Shown here: positions 48,721 through 61,551 of the stretch, in pieces
Position numbering within the stretch: the stretch's first letter is position 1
How the letters are laid out: each line of letters opens with the position of its first letter
Assembly (NCBI GenBank): GCA_035221665.1
Contig: JAVHYY010000896.1
Coordinates: 62,001-123,551 of the forward strand
Source of the DNA: Okamejei kenojei
Lineage: Eukaryota
Length of the DNA stretch: 61,551 nucleotides
Reading direction: 5' to 3'
Program-made: the position numbers and the translations under genes
The notes under the pieces: model-generated
The model's database searches: none
The model's input: only the letters and a program-made list of their open reading frames with translations
Told to the model about the DNA's origin: nothing

Positions 48721-49164
48721 CATTAGCCCCAGGAGCTCGATCTAACTCTCCCTTGAAAACATCCAGTGAATTGGCCTCCACTGCCTTGAGTGGCAGAGAA
48801 TTCCGCAGATTCACATCTCGCTGGGTAAAAAAGTGTTTCCTCATCTCAGTCCTAAATGGCCGACCCCTTATTCTTAAACTGTGTGTGTGAACTGGTTCTG
48901 GACTCCCCGAACATGGGGAACATGTTTCCTGCCTCTAAACTGTCCAATCCTTTAATAATCTTACATGTTTCAATAAGATCCCCTCTCATCCTTCTGAATT
49001 CCAGTGTATGCAAGCCCAGTCGCTCCATTCTCCAACATCGGGAACATGTTTCCTGCCTCTAGCATGTCCAAACCCTTAATGATCTTATATGTTTCAATAA
49101 GATCCCCGCACATTAACACGCATTGGGGACAAATTACACTTATACCAAGCTAATTAACCTGTAA

Positions 49165-50020
49165 ACAATAGACAATAGGTGCAGGAGTAGGCCATTAGGC
49201 CCTTCGAGCCAGCACCGCCATTCAATATGATCATGGCTGATCATCCAACTCAGTATCCTGTACCTGCCTTCTCTCCATACCCCCTGATCCCTTTAGCCAC
49301 AAGGGCCACATCTAACTCCCTCTTAAATATAGCCAATGAACTGGCCTCAACTACCTTCTGTGGCAGAGAATTCCACAGATTCACCACTCTCTGTGTGAAA
49401 AATGATTTTCTCATCTCGGTCCTAAAAGACTTCCCCCTTATCCTTAACTGTGTGACCCCTTGTTCCGGACTTCCCCAACATGGGAACAATCTTCCTGCAT
49501 CTAGCCTGTTCAACCCCTTAAGAATTTTGTAAGTCTCTATGAGATCCCCCCTCAATCTTCTAAGTTCCAGCGAGTACAAGCCGAGTCTATCCAGTCTTTC
49601 TTCATATGGAAGTCCTGCCATCCCAGGAATCAGTCTGGTGAACCTTCTCTGTACTCCCTCTATGGCAAGAATGTCTTTCCTCAGATTAGGAGACCAAAAC
49701 TGTACGCAATACTCCAGCCTCACCAAGACCCTGTACAACTGCAGTAGAACCTCCCTGCTCTTGTACTCAAATCCTTTTGCTATGAATGCCAACATACCAT
49801 TTTTACGCTTTCTTTCACTGCCTGCTGCGCCTGCATGCCCTACTTTTCAATGACTGGTGTACTTAAGGAAATGGCTCTAGAAATCGTGGATGCATTTGGC
49901 GATCGTTTTCCAATGCTCCATGGCTTCAGGAATCACTTCCTGTGGATTGGAGGGTAGCTAATGTTATCCCACTTTTTAAAGAAGGGAGGGAGAGAGAAAA
50001 CAGGGAATTATAGACAAGCT
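49165..50020 (-). mobile_element. CR1/HER1 fragment (similar copy at 50957-51700)
   Basis: ORF 49250-49795. Confidence 0.9.
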
Positions 50021-50051
50021 TCTGAATGCTCGCAGACATCAGGGGTCTTAC

Positions 50052-50088
50052 CTTCTCCTGAAGTGCGGGAGGAACTTGCTGGTGTTAC
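50052..50088 (-). CDS. SIT1/TRAT1-like adaptor, exon 3
   Basis: tttcacag| (G)NTSKFLPHFRR(S) |gtaag. 37 bp, phase 1-2. It exactly bridges the phases of the flanking exons. Confidence 0.8.
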
Positions 50089-50206
50089 CTGTGAAAAAGG
50101 CGACAGGTAGATCGGGCAGTCAAAAAGGCTTTGGCCACATTTGTTTTGGTTGAGTTTAGTTTATTGTCAGGTGAAAAGCTTTCATTGCGTGCTAACGGCA
50201 CTCTAA

Positions 50207-50833
50207 AGGGCCTGCCCCACTTGGCTGTTATTTACGCGACAGGCCGGTAGTGACTGACGCGCGATGGTCGCGCACGAATCGCGCGTCCGCACAGCCGTGT
50301 GGAGCGCGAGACGTCATTTGAAGATAGACGCGACATTCAGGAGCAACTCAGCGTGGCCGGCAGCGTCTCTGGAGAGAAGGAATGTGTGACGTTTCGGGGT
50401 CGAGACTCTTCCTCAGTCTGAAAGAAGGGTCTCGGCCCGAAATGTCGCCCATTGCTTCCCTCCAGAGACGCTGCCGGCCCCGCTGAGTTACTCCCGCATT
50501 TTGTGTCTAATCTCCAATCGTCTTGGACCCATCTCTGGGAAGAGGAGTGGGGGCAGATCCGGATCCGCAACGACCGCGAGCCCCCGGGCCGAGCGCGGCG
50601 ATCGTTTGCCCGCTTCTGCTGCCGTCGGAGGTGAGACGTCGCGCCGCGCCAGGGTCTTGGGCCTGGTCCCACTTTGGCCGCCAGTTACGTGGCAGGCCGG
50701 TGGCGCGCGAAGATTTTGCCCGGGACGAGGTCCACACTCCTCCGCGCCACCCCACACGCCTGTCCCCGCGCTACCCACACGCCAGCAGGGCGGGTACATG
50801 GCGCGCGAATGGCGGCCAAGTGAGACAGCCCCT
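50207..50833. mobile_element. Harbinger MITE (TSD TAA) with an inserted SINE-like fragment
   Basis: taa|agggcctgccccacttggc ... gccaagtgagacagcccct|taa. Confidence 0.75.
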
Positions 50834-53250
50834 TAACGCTATCCTACGCACACTCGTGACAATTTACATCCACACCCAAGCCAAATATCCGACAAACCTG
50901 CGCGTCTTTGGAGTGTGGGAGGAAACCGAAGATCTCGGAGAAAACCCACGCAGGTCATAGAAACATAGACAATAGGTGCAGGAGTAGAGGCCAGTCGGCC
51001 CTTCGAGCCTGCGCCGCCATTCAATATGATCACGGCTGATCATCCAACTCAGTATCCCGTACCTGCCTTCTCTCCATACCCCCTGATCCCTTTAGCCACA
51101 TCTAACTCCCTCTTAAATACAGCCAATGAACTGGCCTCAACTACCTTCTGTGGCAGAGAAATTTCACAGACTCACCACTACTTTCTGTGTGAAAAAAAAC
51201 ATTCTTCTCATCTCGGTCCCTAAAGATTTCCCCCTTATCCTTAAACTGGTGAACCCCTTGTTCTGGACTTCCCCAACATCGGAACAATCCTTCCTGCAAT
51301 CTAGCCTGTCCAACCCCGTAAGAATTTTTGTAAGTCTCTATAAGATCCCCCCTCAATCTTCTAAATTCTAGTGAGTACAAGTCCGAGTCTTTCTTCACAT
51401 GGAAGTCATTGCCATCCCAGGAATCAGTCCTGGTGAGCCTTCTCTATACTGCCTTCTATGGCAAGAATGTCCTTCCTCAGATTTGGAGACCAAAACTGTA
51501 CGCAATACTCCAGGGGTGGCCTCACCAAGACCCTGAACAAAAACTACAGTAAACCACCCCTGCTCCTACACTCAAATCATTTTTGCTACGAATGCCAACA
51601 TACCATTCGCTTTCCTCACTGCCTGCTGCACCTGCATGCCTACTTTCAATGACTGGTGTACCATGACACCCAGGTCTCGCTGCATCTCCCCTTTTCCTAA
51701 TCGGCCGCCGTTCGGTCACAGGGAGAGCTTGCAAACTCCGTACAGACGGCACCCGTAGTCGGGATCGAACCCGGGTCTCCGGCGCTGCACTCTACCCCTG
51801 CACTACTGAGCTGCCAGTGTGGGCAGGTTGGGTCGAAGGGCCTGTTTCCACTATGTGTAACTACAACTGGAGAGACTGAGCAAACGGGGACTTTATTCCT
51901 TTTGTGTTTTGAGGCTGGGGGATAATCCGATCCTCTTTTTGTGACTTGTCAAGTGACAATAAAGGCGCCATATGAAGTAGATGGATAATTTAGTAGATTT
52001 TCAAAGTCTACAGAGAGATTTGGGCCATTTGGAAAAGTGGGCTGAAAGATGGCAGATGGAGTTTAATGCTGTTAAGTGTGAAGTGCTACATCTTGGCAGG
52101 ACAAATCAAAATAGGACTACATGGGTAACTGTAGGTATTGAGGAATGCTGTGAACAGAGGATCTAGGAAAACTTGCATAGTTCCCTAAGGTGGAATCGAA
52201 TTAGATAGGTGGTAAAGAACCATTGTGTGCTGGCCTTTATAAATCAGAGACATTTGAATATAGGAGTAGGGAATAACTGTTAAAATCTGTTACAAGGCAT
52301 TGGTAAGAACCAATTCTGAGTATGGTGTACAATTTTGGTCGCCAAGTTATAGGAAGGATGTAACAAAATAGAGAGAGTACAGAGGAGATTTACTGAATGT
52401 AGTCCAGGATTCCAAGCAACTAAGAGACAGGAAAGGTTAACAAGTTGGTCTTTATTTTCTTTGAGCGCAGAGGTTATGGGGGGACTTGATTGAGGTCTTT
52501 TTAAAATGATACAGGGATAGACAGAGTTAAACGTGATATAACGTTTTTTCCCATTGAGGTAGGGAAGATTCTAAACAAAGGCATGACATGAGAATTAAGG
52601 GACAGAAGTTTCGGGTAACGTGAGGGGGAACTTCTTTACTCAGAGGGTGGTGGCGTGTGGAATCAGCTTCCAGCAGAAGTGGTGGAGGCAGGATCGATTT
52701 TAACATTTAAGAGTAAAGTGGATAGGTATATGGACGTGAAGGGAATGGAGGGGTATGGTCTGAGTGCAGGTAGATGGGACTAGGGGAAAACAAATGGTCG
52801 GCACGGACTGGAAGGGCCGAGAGGGCCTGTTTCCGTGCTGTAATTGTTATATGGTTATATGGTTATAAAGTCCATAGGAAATCTTTCCCTCCACCGTTGA
52901 ACATTTGGTGGCATTTCCTTTCTCCATAGCCCTGTTATCATCTTTTTAGCATCAACAGCATTACCCCAAGCAAATATTTCTGATTTTGGATATCTGTCGC
53001 TGCTGGAGTATCTCCTAATATAAAACGAGCCGGTTCCAGAGGATCCTCTCCAAGAATTAATTTAATCTCCGCCTGGATGCCTCTCCAGTATTGGTACAAT
53101 TTGGGACAATTCCAAAAATATGTGTGTGATCACCTATCTTGCCAACATCTTGCTCACTGCTTTAAAACAGCCAACTCGCAAAAACCGTTAGGTAGACCAA
53201 CTCAAGCTTTACTGATCATCAGCCGGCGGAAGTGATCCCGTTGTACCTAC

Positions 53251-53367
53251 CTCTCCGGTAACTCTGGGCACAGAAGACAATGTTGCACGAGAGAGAGAGA
53301 AGCAGCAGGACTCCGGCAGCTCCGCAAACTACCCACATCAGGGAACTGCAGCACAGACCATGGAGAC
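53251..53367 (-). CDS. SIT1/TRAT1-like adaptor, TM exon
   Basis: ctctttcag| (G)LHGLCCSSLMWVVCGAAGVLLLLSLSCNIVFCAQSYRR(G) |gtaggt. 117 bp, phase 1-1. Confidence 0.85.
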
Positions 53368-53499
53368 CTGAAAGAGGGAGACATCAGAGGCGGTGAGATG
53401 TCCTTCCTCGCTAAGGAGTCGTAGAGTCACTCAGCACGCACACAGAGGCGATCGTTATTAGGCTTTGCCAACTTTCCGTCACTCCCAAATAACAAAAGA

Positions 53500-56400
53500 C
53501 ATAGTTGCAGGAGTAGAGGCCATTCGGCCCTTCCAGCCAGCACCGCCCATTCAATGTGATCACGGCTGTCCATCCCCAATCTGGTATCCCGTTCCTGCTT
53601 CTTTCACGCATATCCCCTGACTCCCAATCTTCAGACCCTATCTTGAAAGTATCCAGAGAAACGGCCGCCACCGCTCTCCGAGGCAGAGAATTCCACAGAC
53701 TTCACCACTCTCTGTGTGTGAAAAAGTGTTTCCAGTCTCCTTTCTAAATGGCTCCTCCTATTCTTCAACTGTGTGGCCCTGTTCTGGACTCAACCAACAA
53801 TCGGAACATGCCTCTACGTGTCCAAACCCTTAAATCGTATATGTTTCCATAAGATCCCCTCTCATCCTTGTAAATTCCAGAGTATACAAGCCCAGTCGCT
53901 CCATTCTTTCAAACATATAACAGTCCTCCATCCACGTGGATAACCTTGAAAGCCTACTTTGCAGTCTTCCCACAATAACAAGAAGGGTCTCAACTCGAAA
54001 CGTCACCTATTCCTTCGCTACATAGATGCTGCCTCACCCGCTGAGTTTCTCCAGCATTTTTGTCTACCCTCAATAGCAAGAATGTCCTTCCTCAAATTAG
54101 GAGACCAATACTTGGCACACAAATACTCCCGTGTGGTCTCACCAGGCCCTGTACAACCGCAGAAGGACCTCCCTCCTTGCTCCTTTACTCAACTTCTCTC
54201 GCACCGAAGGCCAACAGGCCAAAATCGGGGCTCACAATACTCCAGGTGTTCTCACCAGTGGTCCACCAGGGGCCGTGTACAACTGCCAAGGACCTCTTTG
54301 CTCCTATACTCAAATCCACTTATTATAAGGCCAACGGCCAAAAACGGCGCACAATACCCAGGTGTGGGGCCTCACTAGGAGCCTGTACAAACTGGCAGAC
54401 CGGACGCTCTTTGATCCTTACTCACTCCTCATATTATGAAGGCCAACCGGCCAAAACTTGCATATAAAACTCCAGGTGTTTGTCTCACCAGGGCCTGTAA
54501 CACTGCAGACGGACCCTCTTTGCTCTATACTCAAATCTCCTATTATGAAGGCCAACAAGCCAAAACTGCACACAATACTCCAGGTGTGGTCTCACTAGGT
54601 CCTGTACAACTGCAGAAGGACCTCTTTGCTCCTATACTCAACTTCAATGGCTTCTATGTTACTTGGTGCTGTTTGAATTTTCAAGTCGGCATCTCCATTT
54701 AAAAACAAACATCCGTTTGGTTCAGGACGTAAATGCCTAAAGCAGACAGCCGGCAGGTTGCAATTTTAAAATAGGTGCACGCCCTCCCTGCATACAGCAG
54801 CGTCACTTTTGTTTGTCAGGTTAGATTAGTTTTAGTTTAGAGATACAGCGCGGAAACAGGCCCTTTGGCCCACCGGGTCCTTGCCGACCAGCGGCCCCCG
54901 TACACTAACACTATCCTTCACCCGCCAGGGACAATTTTACACTTACACCAAGCCAATTAACTTCCTGTGCGAGGAAACCAAAGATCGGAAGAAAACCCAC
55001 GCAGGTCACGGCGAGAACAGTAGACAATAGACAACAGGTGCAGGCGTAGAGGCCATTCGGCCCTTCCAGCCAGCACCGCCGTTTACTGTGATCACGGCTG
55101 ATCATCCCCAATCAGTACCCCGTTCCTTGCTTCTTCCTCCCCATATCCCCTGATTCCGCTATCTTTAAGAGCCCTATCTAGCTCTCTCTTGAAAGCATCC
55201 AGACAACCGGCCTCCACCGCCCTCTGAGGCAGAGAATTCCACAGATTCACAACTCTCTGGGTGATGACGTTTTTCCTCATCTCCGTTCTAAATGGCCGAC
55301 CCCTTATTCCAAAACTGTTTGTGGCCCCCGGTTCTGGACTCCCCCAACATCGGGAACATGTTTCCTGCCTCTAGCGTGTCCAAACCTTTAATAATCTCAT
55401 ATGTTTCAATAAGATACCCTCTCACCCTTGTAAATTCTAGAGTCCACAAGCCCAGCTGCTCCATTCCTTCAACATATGACAGTCCTGCCATCCCGGGAAT
55501 TAACCTGGTGAACCTATGCTGCACTCCCTCAATAGCAAGAAGGATCTGAAGAAGGGTCTTGACTCGAAACGTCACATATTCCTTCGCTCCATAGATGCTG
55601 CCTCACCCGCTGAGTTTCTCCAGCATTTATGTCTACCCTCAATAGCAAGAATGTCCTTCCTCAAATTAGGAGACCAATACTGCACACAATACTCCAGGTT
55701 GTGGTTCCTCCATCAGAGCCCGTACAACTGCGAAGTACCTCTTGGCTCCTGTACTTAACTCTCTTTATAAGGCCCAACAGCAAAACTACAGCACACAATA
55801 CTCGTGTGGGGTCTCCCAGGCCCTGTACAACTGCAGAAGGACCTCTTTGCTCCTATACTCAACTCCTCTTATTATGAAGGCCAACAGGCCAAAACTGCAC
55901 ACAATACTCCAGGTGTGGTCTCACCAGGTCCCTGTACAACTGCAGAAGGACCTCTTTGCTCCTATACTCAAATCCTCTTATTATGAAGGCCAACAGGCCA
56001 AAACTGCACACAATACTCCAGGTGTGGTCTCACCAGGGACCTGTACAACTGCAGAAGGACCTCTTTGCTCCTGTACTCAACTTCAATGGCTTCTATGTTA
56101 CTTGGTGCTGTTTGAATTTTCAAGTCGGCATCTCCATTTAAAAACAAACATCCGTTTGGTTCAGGACGTAAATGCCTAAAGCAGACAGCCGGCAGGTTGC
56201 AATCTTAAAATAGGTGCACGCCCTCCCTGATTACAGCAGCGTCACTTTTGTTTGTCAGGTTAGATTAGTTTTAGTTTAGAGATACAGCACGGAAACAGGC
56301 CCTTTGGCCCAACCGGGTCCTGCGACCATCGCCCCCGTACACTATCACTATCCTTCACCCGCCAGGGACTAATTTTACACAAACACCAACCAATTAACCT

Positions 56401-57360
56401 CCAACATGCGCGAGAAACCGCAGATCTAATGAAAAACCCGCGACGTCAGGTCACGGGAGCACAATAGACGATAGACAACAGAGCTAGATTAGACCATTCG
56501 GTCCCTATCCCCCGAAATGTCACCTATCCCTTCGCCTCCACAGATGCTGCCTCACCTCACACCGCTGAGTTTCGCCAGCATTTTTGTCTAAAAAAATAAT
56601 AAAAACAAAACCCTCAAAGTGAGTAGCAGATGTCCTTCCTCAAATTAGGAGACCAATACTGCACAAAGTACTCCAGGTGTGGTCTCACCAGGGCCCTGTA
56701 CAACTGCAGAAGGACCTCTTTGCTCCAGTACTCAACTCCTCTTATTAGGAGCCACAGGCCAAAACTGCAACACAATAACGCCAGGTGTGGGTTCTCACCA
56801 GGCCTGTTACAACTGCAGAAGGACCGCTTTGCTCCTATACTCTTCTCCTCATGTTAAGAAGGCCAGACAGCCAAAACTGCACACATACGCCAGGTGTGGT
56901 CTCACCAGGGCCCTGTACAACTGCAGAGGACCTCTTTGCTCCAGTACTCAACTCCTCTTATTATGAAGGCCAACAGGCCAAAACTGCACAAAATACGCCA
57001 GGTGTGGTCTCACCAGGGCCCTGTACAACTGCAGACGGACCTCCTTGCCCCTTTACTCAACTCCTCTCGAACTGAAGGCCAACAGGCGTCAAAACTGCAC
57101 ACAATACGCCAGGTGTGGACCCACCAGGGCCCTGTACAACTGCAGAAGGACCTCCTTTGCTCCGGGAACTCAAACTCCACTTGTTATGAATGGCCAACTT
57201 GCCATTTGCTTTCTTTCACTGGCCTGCTGCGCCTCATGCCTACTTTCATTACTGATGAACAAGGACCCCCAGATTTCCCGATGACTTCCCCTTTTTCCCA
57301 ACTGACACCATTTAGATAATTGATTGTCTTACTGTTTTTTGCGCCAAAGTGGATAACCTT
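53500..57360 (-). repeat. Tandemly duplicated ~1.44-kb CR1/SINE/unique block with 109-bp CR1-derived arrays (SIT1-like intron 1)
   Basis: The unique segment ttcaatggcttctatgttacttggtgctg... occurs at about 54643 and 56082. A third partial unit starts at about 56480. Confidence 0.8.
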
Positions 57361-57469
57361 ATAACAAGTTGATAATTGAACATGTTTCAATTCCTCCCCT
57401 GATTTTATCCACCTCTATATATTTATTATATTCTAACGCCAATTTTTATATTCTAAAGTATTCGCTTAC

Positions 57470-57509
57470 CATAGCAGTCCTGAGTTTCGTTGCTTCCTGC
57501 TGTGTACAT
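57470..57509 (-). CDS. SIT1/TRAT1-like transmembrane adaptor, coding exon 1
   Basis: Minus strand agaATG...CTATG|gtaagc gives MYTAGSNETQDCY(G). 40 bp, phase 1, in frame with the TM exon. Has an N-glycosylation sequon (NET) and a Cys. Confidence 0.7.
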
Positions 57510-58574
57510 TCTTTCTCTCCTCACTTGTCCTCTCTTCACCCGATGACCCAGAGAGAGAGAGAGAGAGAGAGAGAGGGCTGATTTCCAGGCTCCACGAGCT
57601 AAACTCCACTGGGAATCTGGCTATTCCTGGCGATCAACAGTGCGTCGTGTGGGGCTTCTCCCATTCCCGGCCCAGTCGGAACACTCGGGATAACTTTGTA
57701 ACTCTTTTACGGGAAGGTACTCCAGACAAACCTAAATCTTCCGGAGGACAAGACTTAGGATCTGAATGCTGGATATTTAGACAATAGACAATAGACAACA
57801 GGTGCAGGAGTAGAGGCCATTCGGCCCTTCGAGCCAGCACCGCCATTCAATGTGATCACGGCTGATCATCCCCAATCAGTTCCCCGTTCCTGCCTTCTCC
57901 CCATATCCCCTGACTCTGCTATCTTTAAGAGCCCTATCTAGCTCTCTCTTGAAAGCATCCGGAGAACCGGCCTCCACCGCCCTCTGAGGCAGAGAATTCC
58001 ACAGACTCACCACTCTCTGTGAGAAAAAGTGTTTTCCTCGACTCCGTTCTAAATGGCCGACCCCTTATTTCTTAAACTGTGTGTGTGGCCCCTGGTTCTG
58101 ACTCCCCAACATCCGGGACATGTTTCTCCTGCCTCCAAGCGTGTCCCAAACCCTTAATAATGTTATATTTTTCAATTGATTCCCCCTCTCATCCTTCTAA
58201 ACTCCCAGATGTACAAGCCCAGCCGCTCCGTTCTCTCAGTTGATGCGTATGACAGTCCCGCCATCCCTATCTTTTTCTTCTCTGCCTTTCAATTCTGCCC
58301 ACCCCCTCCCCCCCCCCCCCCCATCAGTTTCTCCGGATCTGTTTAGTTCGGAGAGTCAACGCAGAATGGAGGCCTTTGGCCTTTACAACCAACAATCGCT
58401 CCGTATGCGACTTCATGTATCCAACCTTCGTATCCTTCGCACTCAGGACATTACAGAATCCCAATCGACCTACAAAACCTTACGTCCTTGAAATGTGGAA
58501 GAAACCCGGAGAGAAGCCACGCAACACGGGAGAGCGCGCAAACTCCGTGCAGAAGCACCCGTGGTCAGGATCTG

Positions 58575-59070
58575 GGAGAGGGGGGGGAGGAGGATGAGAG
58601 GAGTAGGAGAGGGGAGGAGGAATAGGAGAGGGAGGAGAGGGGAGAAGGGAGGGAGGAGAGGACGGGGAGGAGGTGGAGAGAGGAGTAGGATGATAGGGGA
58701 GGAGAGGAAGGAGACGGGAGGAGAAGGGACAGGGGATGGGAGGGGAGACGAGAGGAGAAGAAAAGAGAAGGGGAGGAGGGAGTAGAGGAGGGGGGAGGAG
58801 GTGGAGGGAGGAGAGGATGAGAGGGGAGGATAGAGAGAAGGAGCAGGGGACGGGCGGATGAGGAGCAGGGATGGGGAGGGGAGAGGAGAGGAGAGAGAAA
58901 AGAGGGAGGGGAGTAGAGGAGGGGGCGGAGGAATGAAGGGGAGGAGATGAAGTAGAGTAAAGGGGACTGAGGAGAGGGGAGGGGAGTGGAGGGAGGGAGA
59001 GGGAGGATGCGGAGATGAGAGGGGTGATGGGGGGGAGGGGAGATGAGAAGAAGCAAGAGAAGGGAGGGGT
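58575..59070 (+). repeat. Purine-rich (GGA/GA)n tract followed by noisy low-complexity sequence to about 60600
   Basis: Low complexity. Confidence 0.85.
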
Positions 59071-61551
59071 CGGTGCTCCGTGCCCTGGGGGGGGCCTGCT
59101 CACAGCCGGTTTAGGATCTAACCTGTTCTCGCGTTTCTTCTCGTTTCGCCTAGGTGTGCTGGCTTCTCTGCGCGGCGTGTTTCCATGGCCTGTTGCTCGT
59201 CTCTTTTCTTTCGATTTGCTCTTCTCTCTTTTTCATTTCTGTTCTCATCTCCCCTCCCGCGCCTTCTCTATTCTTTTTTTCATTCTTATCTCCCTTTCTC
59301 TTTGTTTCCCTGCGCGCACATCTTTTCCTTTGTTTCTCTCGACACTCTTCTTCTCCCATTCGCGTTCCTTTTCTCGTTCTCCCCCCCCCCCTTGCTTCAT
59401 TTCTCTTCTATTCCAACTTGACTTCTCTTTTCTGGCGCCTGCGCTTTTCTGCCATTTTTCGCTATTCTTCTCCCCCCCTGAATACATTTCAATTTCTTTG
59501 CGTTCCCCCCCCACCCCTGTTTCTTCTCTATTTGTTTTCCCTCTGGCTGCGCTGTTGCTTCTCCCCCTAACTAATTCCCTCCACCCCGTCTCGCACACCC
59601 ACACACCGCCAGATACCCGCCAGTATCTGTCCAACCCTACACATACCCCCCCTGCCTGCCGGAGGGTCCACGACCCCGAAACATCGCCCATCCATATCCC
59701 CCCCCCCCCGCCCCCGCGAGAAAGCTGCCCGACCCGCTTGCGTTACATCCCAGGCACTATGCGTCTATCTCTGGTTTAAGCACCAGCCCACTCCGCTGTT
59801 CCCTTCCCGCGGTTTAGGAATGCGTATCAAGTTCCCGCCACAATTCCACCTCTCTCTGTCTGTCTGCCCTCCCCGTGCTCTTTCTCTCTCTCTCTCTCCT
59901 CGCCCCCCTCCCCCACCCCCCCGCCGCCAAAGTCTCAGTCTTCTCTGGGGCGATTTGCTGTGGTCGTCCCCATGACCCTAAAACGGGTCACTGGAACGGT
60001 GAAAACCTACACGGCCACCACCCTAATACCCCACACCCGACCAGACGCCCGGATCCGGCCCGTGATCCCCTTCAGTCGCTTCCAAAACAGCTCGCAGCAG
60101 CTTCAAGGGCGGCTACAAGAAGCAAAGAAGACACACGAAAACACACACATCACAAACCACTAAAACACCATAACGTCCCTTGCTTCCTCCTGAGACTGCG
60201 AAGCAAAGCGAACCAAAGCCACAAACCGGGCGCAAAAACCAAAACCCCCAATCCCCCCACCCAACACCCCTCCTCCCCCTCCGCAGAGCGAGGCAAGAGA
60301 AAAACAACCGTCGGGCATCGGTTCAGAGTCCTGCCTTCCCGCGTGTTTGCGGAGAGCTTGAAAGGGTTCGAGACGGTTACGAGCTGTTTGCCAGGGGCTG
60401 GGGGGTGGGAGAGGGGGGCACTAGACAACGGGTGCACAGGAGTAATAGGGGGGCTCTCGGCCCCCTCCAGCCAGCACGTAAGGTTTCGCATTAGTCGGAA
60501 CGTGAAAGGTTGCAATACTTCCACCCCGTCATGGCTGGGGGGGGGGGGACGGGACGGAGGGACGGGGGGGGGGGACAATAACAACAGTTAGAGGAGGAGG
60601 CAAGCTCTGCACAAACGCAGGCCCATCGCTTGGGACAATGTATTTTAGGCTTACATCTTGAGCGCAGAAAGGTTAAGGGTGACTTGATTGAGGGTCTTTA
60701 AAATGATGAAATGGAGGACCGAGTTCACGTGGATAAGCTTTTCCCATTGAGGTAGGGAAGATTCAAACAAGAGGGCCATGACGATGAGAAATTACGGACA
60801 GAAGTTCAGGGTAACGTTAGGGGGAATTTTCTTAAACTCAGGGGTGGTGGCAGTGTGGAATGAGCTTCCAGCAGAATTGAGGGCAAGGACGATCTTTAAA
60901 ACATTTAAAAGTAAGTGGATATGTATAATGGAACGGGAAGGGAATGGAGGGGTATGGGCTGAGTGCAGGAAGATGGGACAATGGTAAAACAAACGGACGG
61001 AAGGACCGAGAGCCAGTATTCCGTGCTGTAATTGTTATATGGTTTATATGGGTAAATTTTACATTTACACACCGAGCCACTCAACCCTAACACGCCTGGC
61101 ACCGTCCTTCGGAGTGGTGGGAGGAAACCGAAGATCTCGGAGAAGATCGTGGGAGAACGTGCAACTCCAACGACAGCACCCCGGGTCTCCGGCGCTGTTA
61201 AGGCGGGAACTCTCTCCCGCTTCTCCACGTGGACATAATGGAATTACCGCTCTACATACTGATAGATTATACCCAATGCAGAAAACCGACATACAATATC
61301 ATATGGTATTAGATCAGGTCTCTTGCCCAGACTAAGGGGTATCGCGGACCAGAGTACATTGGTTTAGATTAAGGGAAAAGATTTAATAGGAATGTGAGGG
61401 TCATTATTTAACACAAAGAGCGGGTGGTGTATGGAACGAGCTTGCTCACCTGGCCAGGCTGTCCCTGGGCCGATAGAGGTAGTTGAGGATTGGGACTCTC
61501 TCATCTTCCCCCTAACAATATGAGTATACAGCACACAGCTCCAATGGTTAG

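Noticed and set aside
48196-48726. GC-rich ORFs or CpG-island gene
   Set aside because: They lie entirely within the TIR- and TSD-bounded hAT-like element.
59015-60591. 254-aa and 238-aa ORFs
   Set aside because: Low-complexity, apparently error-rich sequence with no recognisable domain or splice structure.

Overview
Repeat-dense vertebrate genomic DNA, most likely from a cartilaginous fish (probably a skate or ray), judged from HER1-type CR1 LINEs, HE1/V-SINEs and abundant Penelope GIY-YIG elements. It contains three N gaps and several noisy, low-complexity stretches. Three spliced genes can be assembled by hand with consistent GT-AG phases. (1) + strand, about 11061-20650: an MHC gene with class II alpha-chain exon layout and class II alpha TM glycine pattern, but with a beta2-microglobulin-like Ig C1 domain (LSFNEDWRFY, no C-strand Trp, terminal W). 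This fits the ancient W-category alpha chain (WA). No partner beta-chain gene is visible in the window. (2) + strand, 26577-39357: complete 5-exon TSR2 (188 aa). (3) - strand, 57509-44796: a 6-exon SIT1/TRAT1-family transmembrane adaptor with YGNI, VCYAKL, TQYTDI, LYASV and YAN motifs; one exon runs into a gap. Non-coding points of interest: duplicated ISRE/Y-box-like motifs upstream of the MHC gene, a partial duplicate of the TSR2 promoter, a solo LTR upstream of TSR2, an ETS-site minisatellite in TSR2 intron 1, 23-31 bp hAT-type insertions with 8-bp TSDs, nested Harbinger MITEs, and a 109-bp satellite derived from CR1 RT sequence. Almost all long ORFs in the supplied track are TE fragments or low-complexity artefacts.
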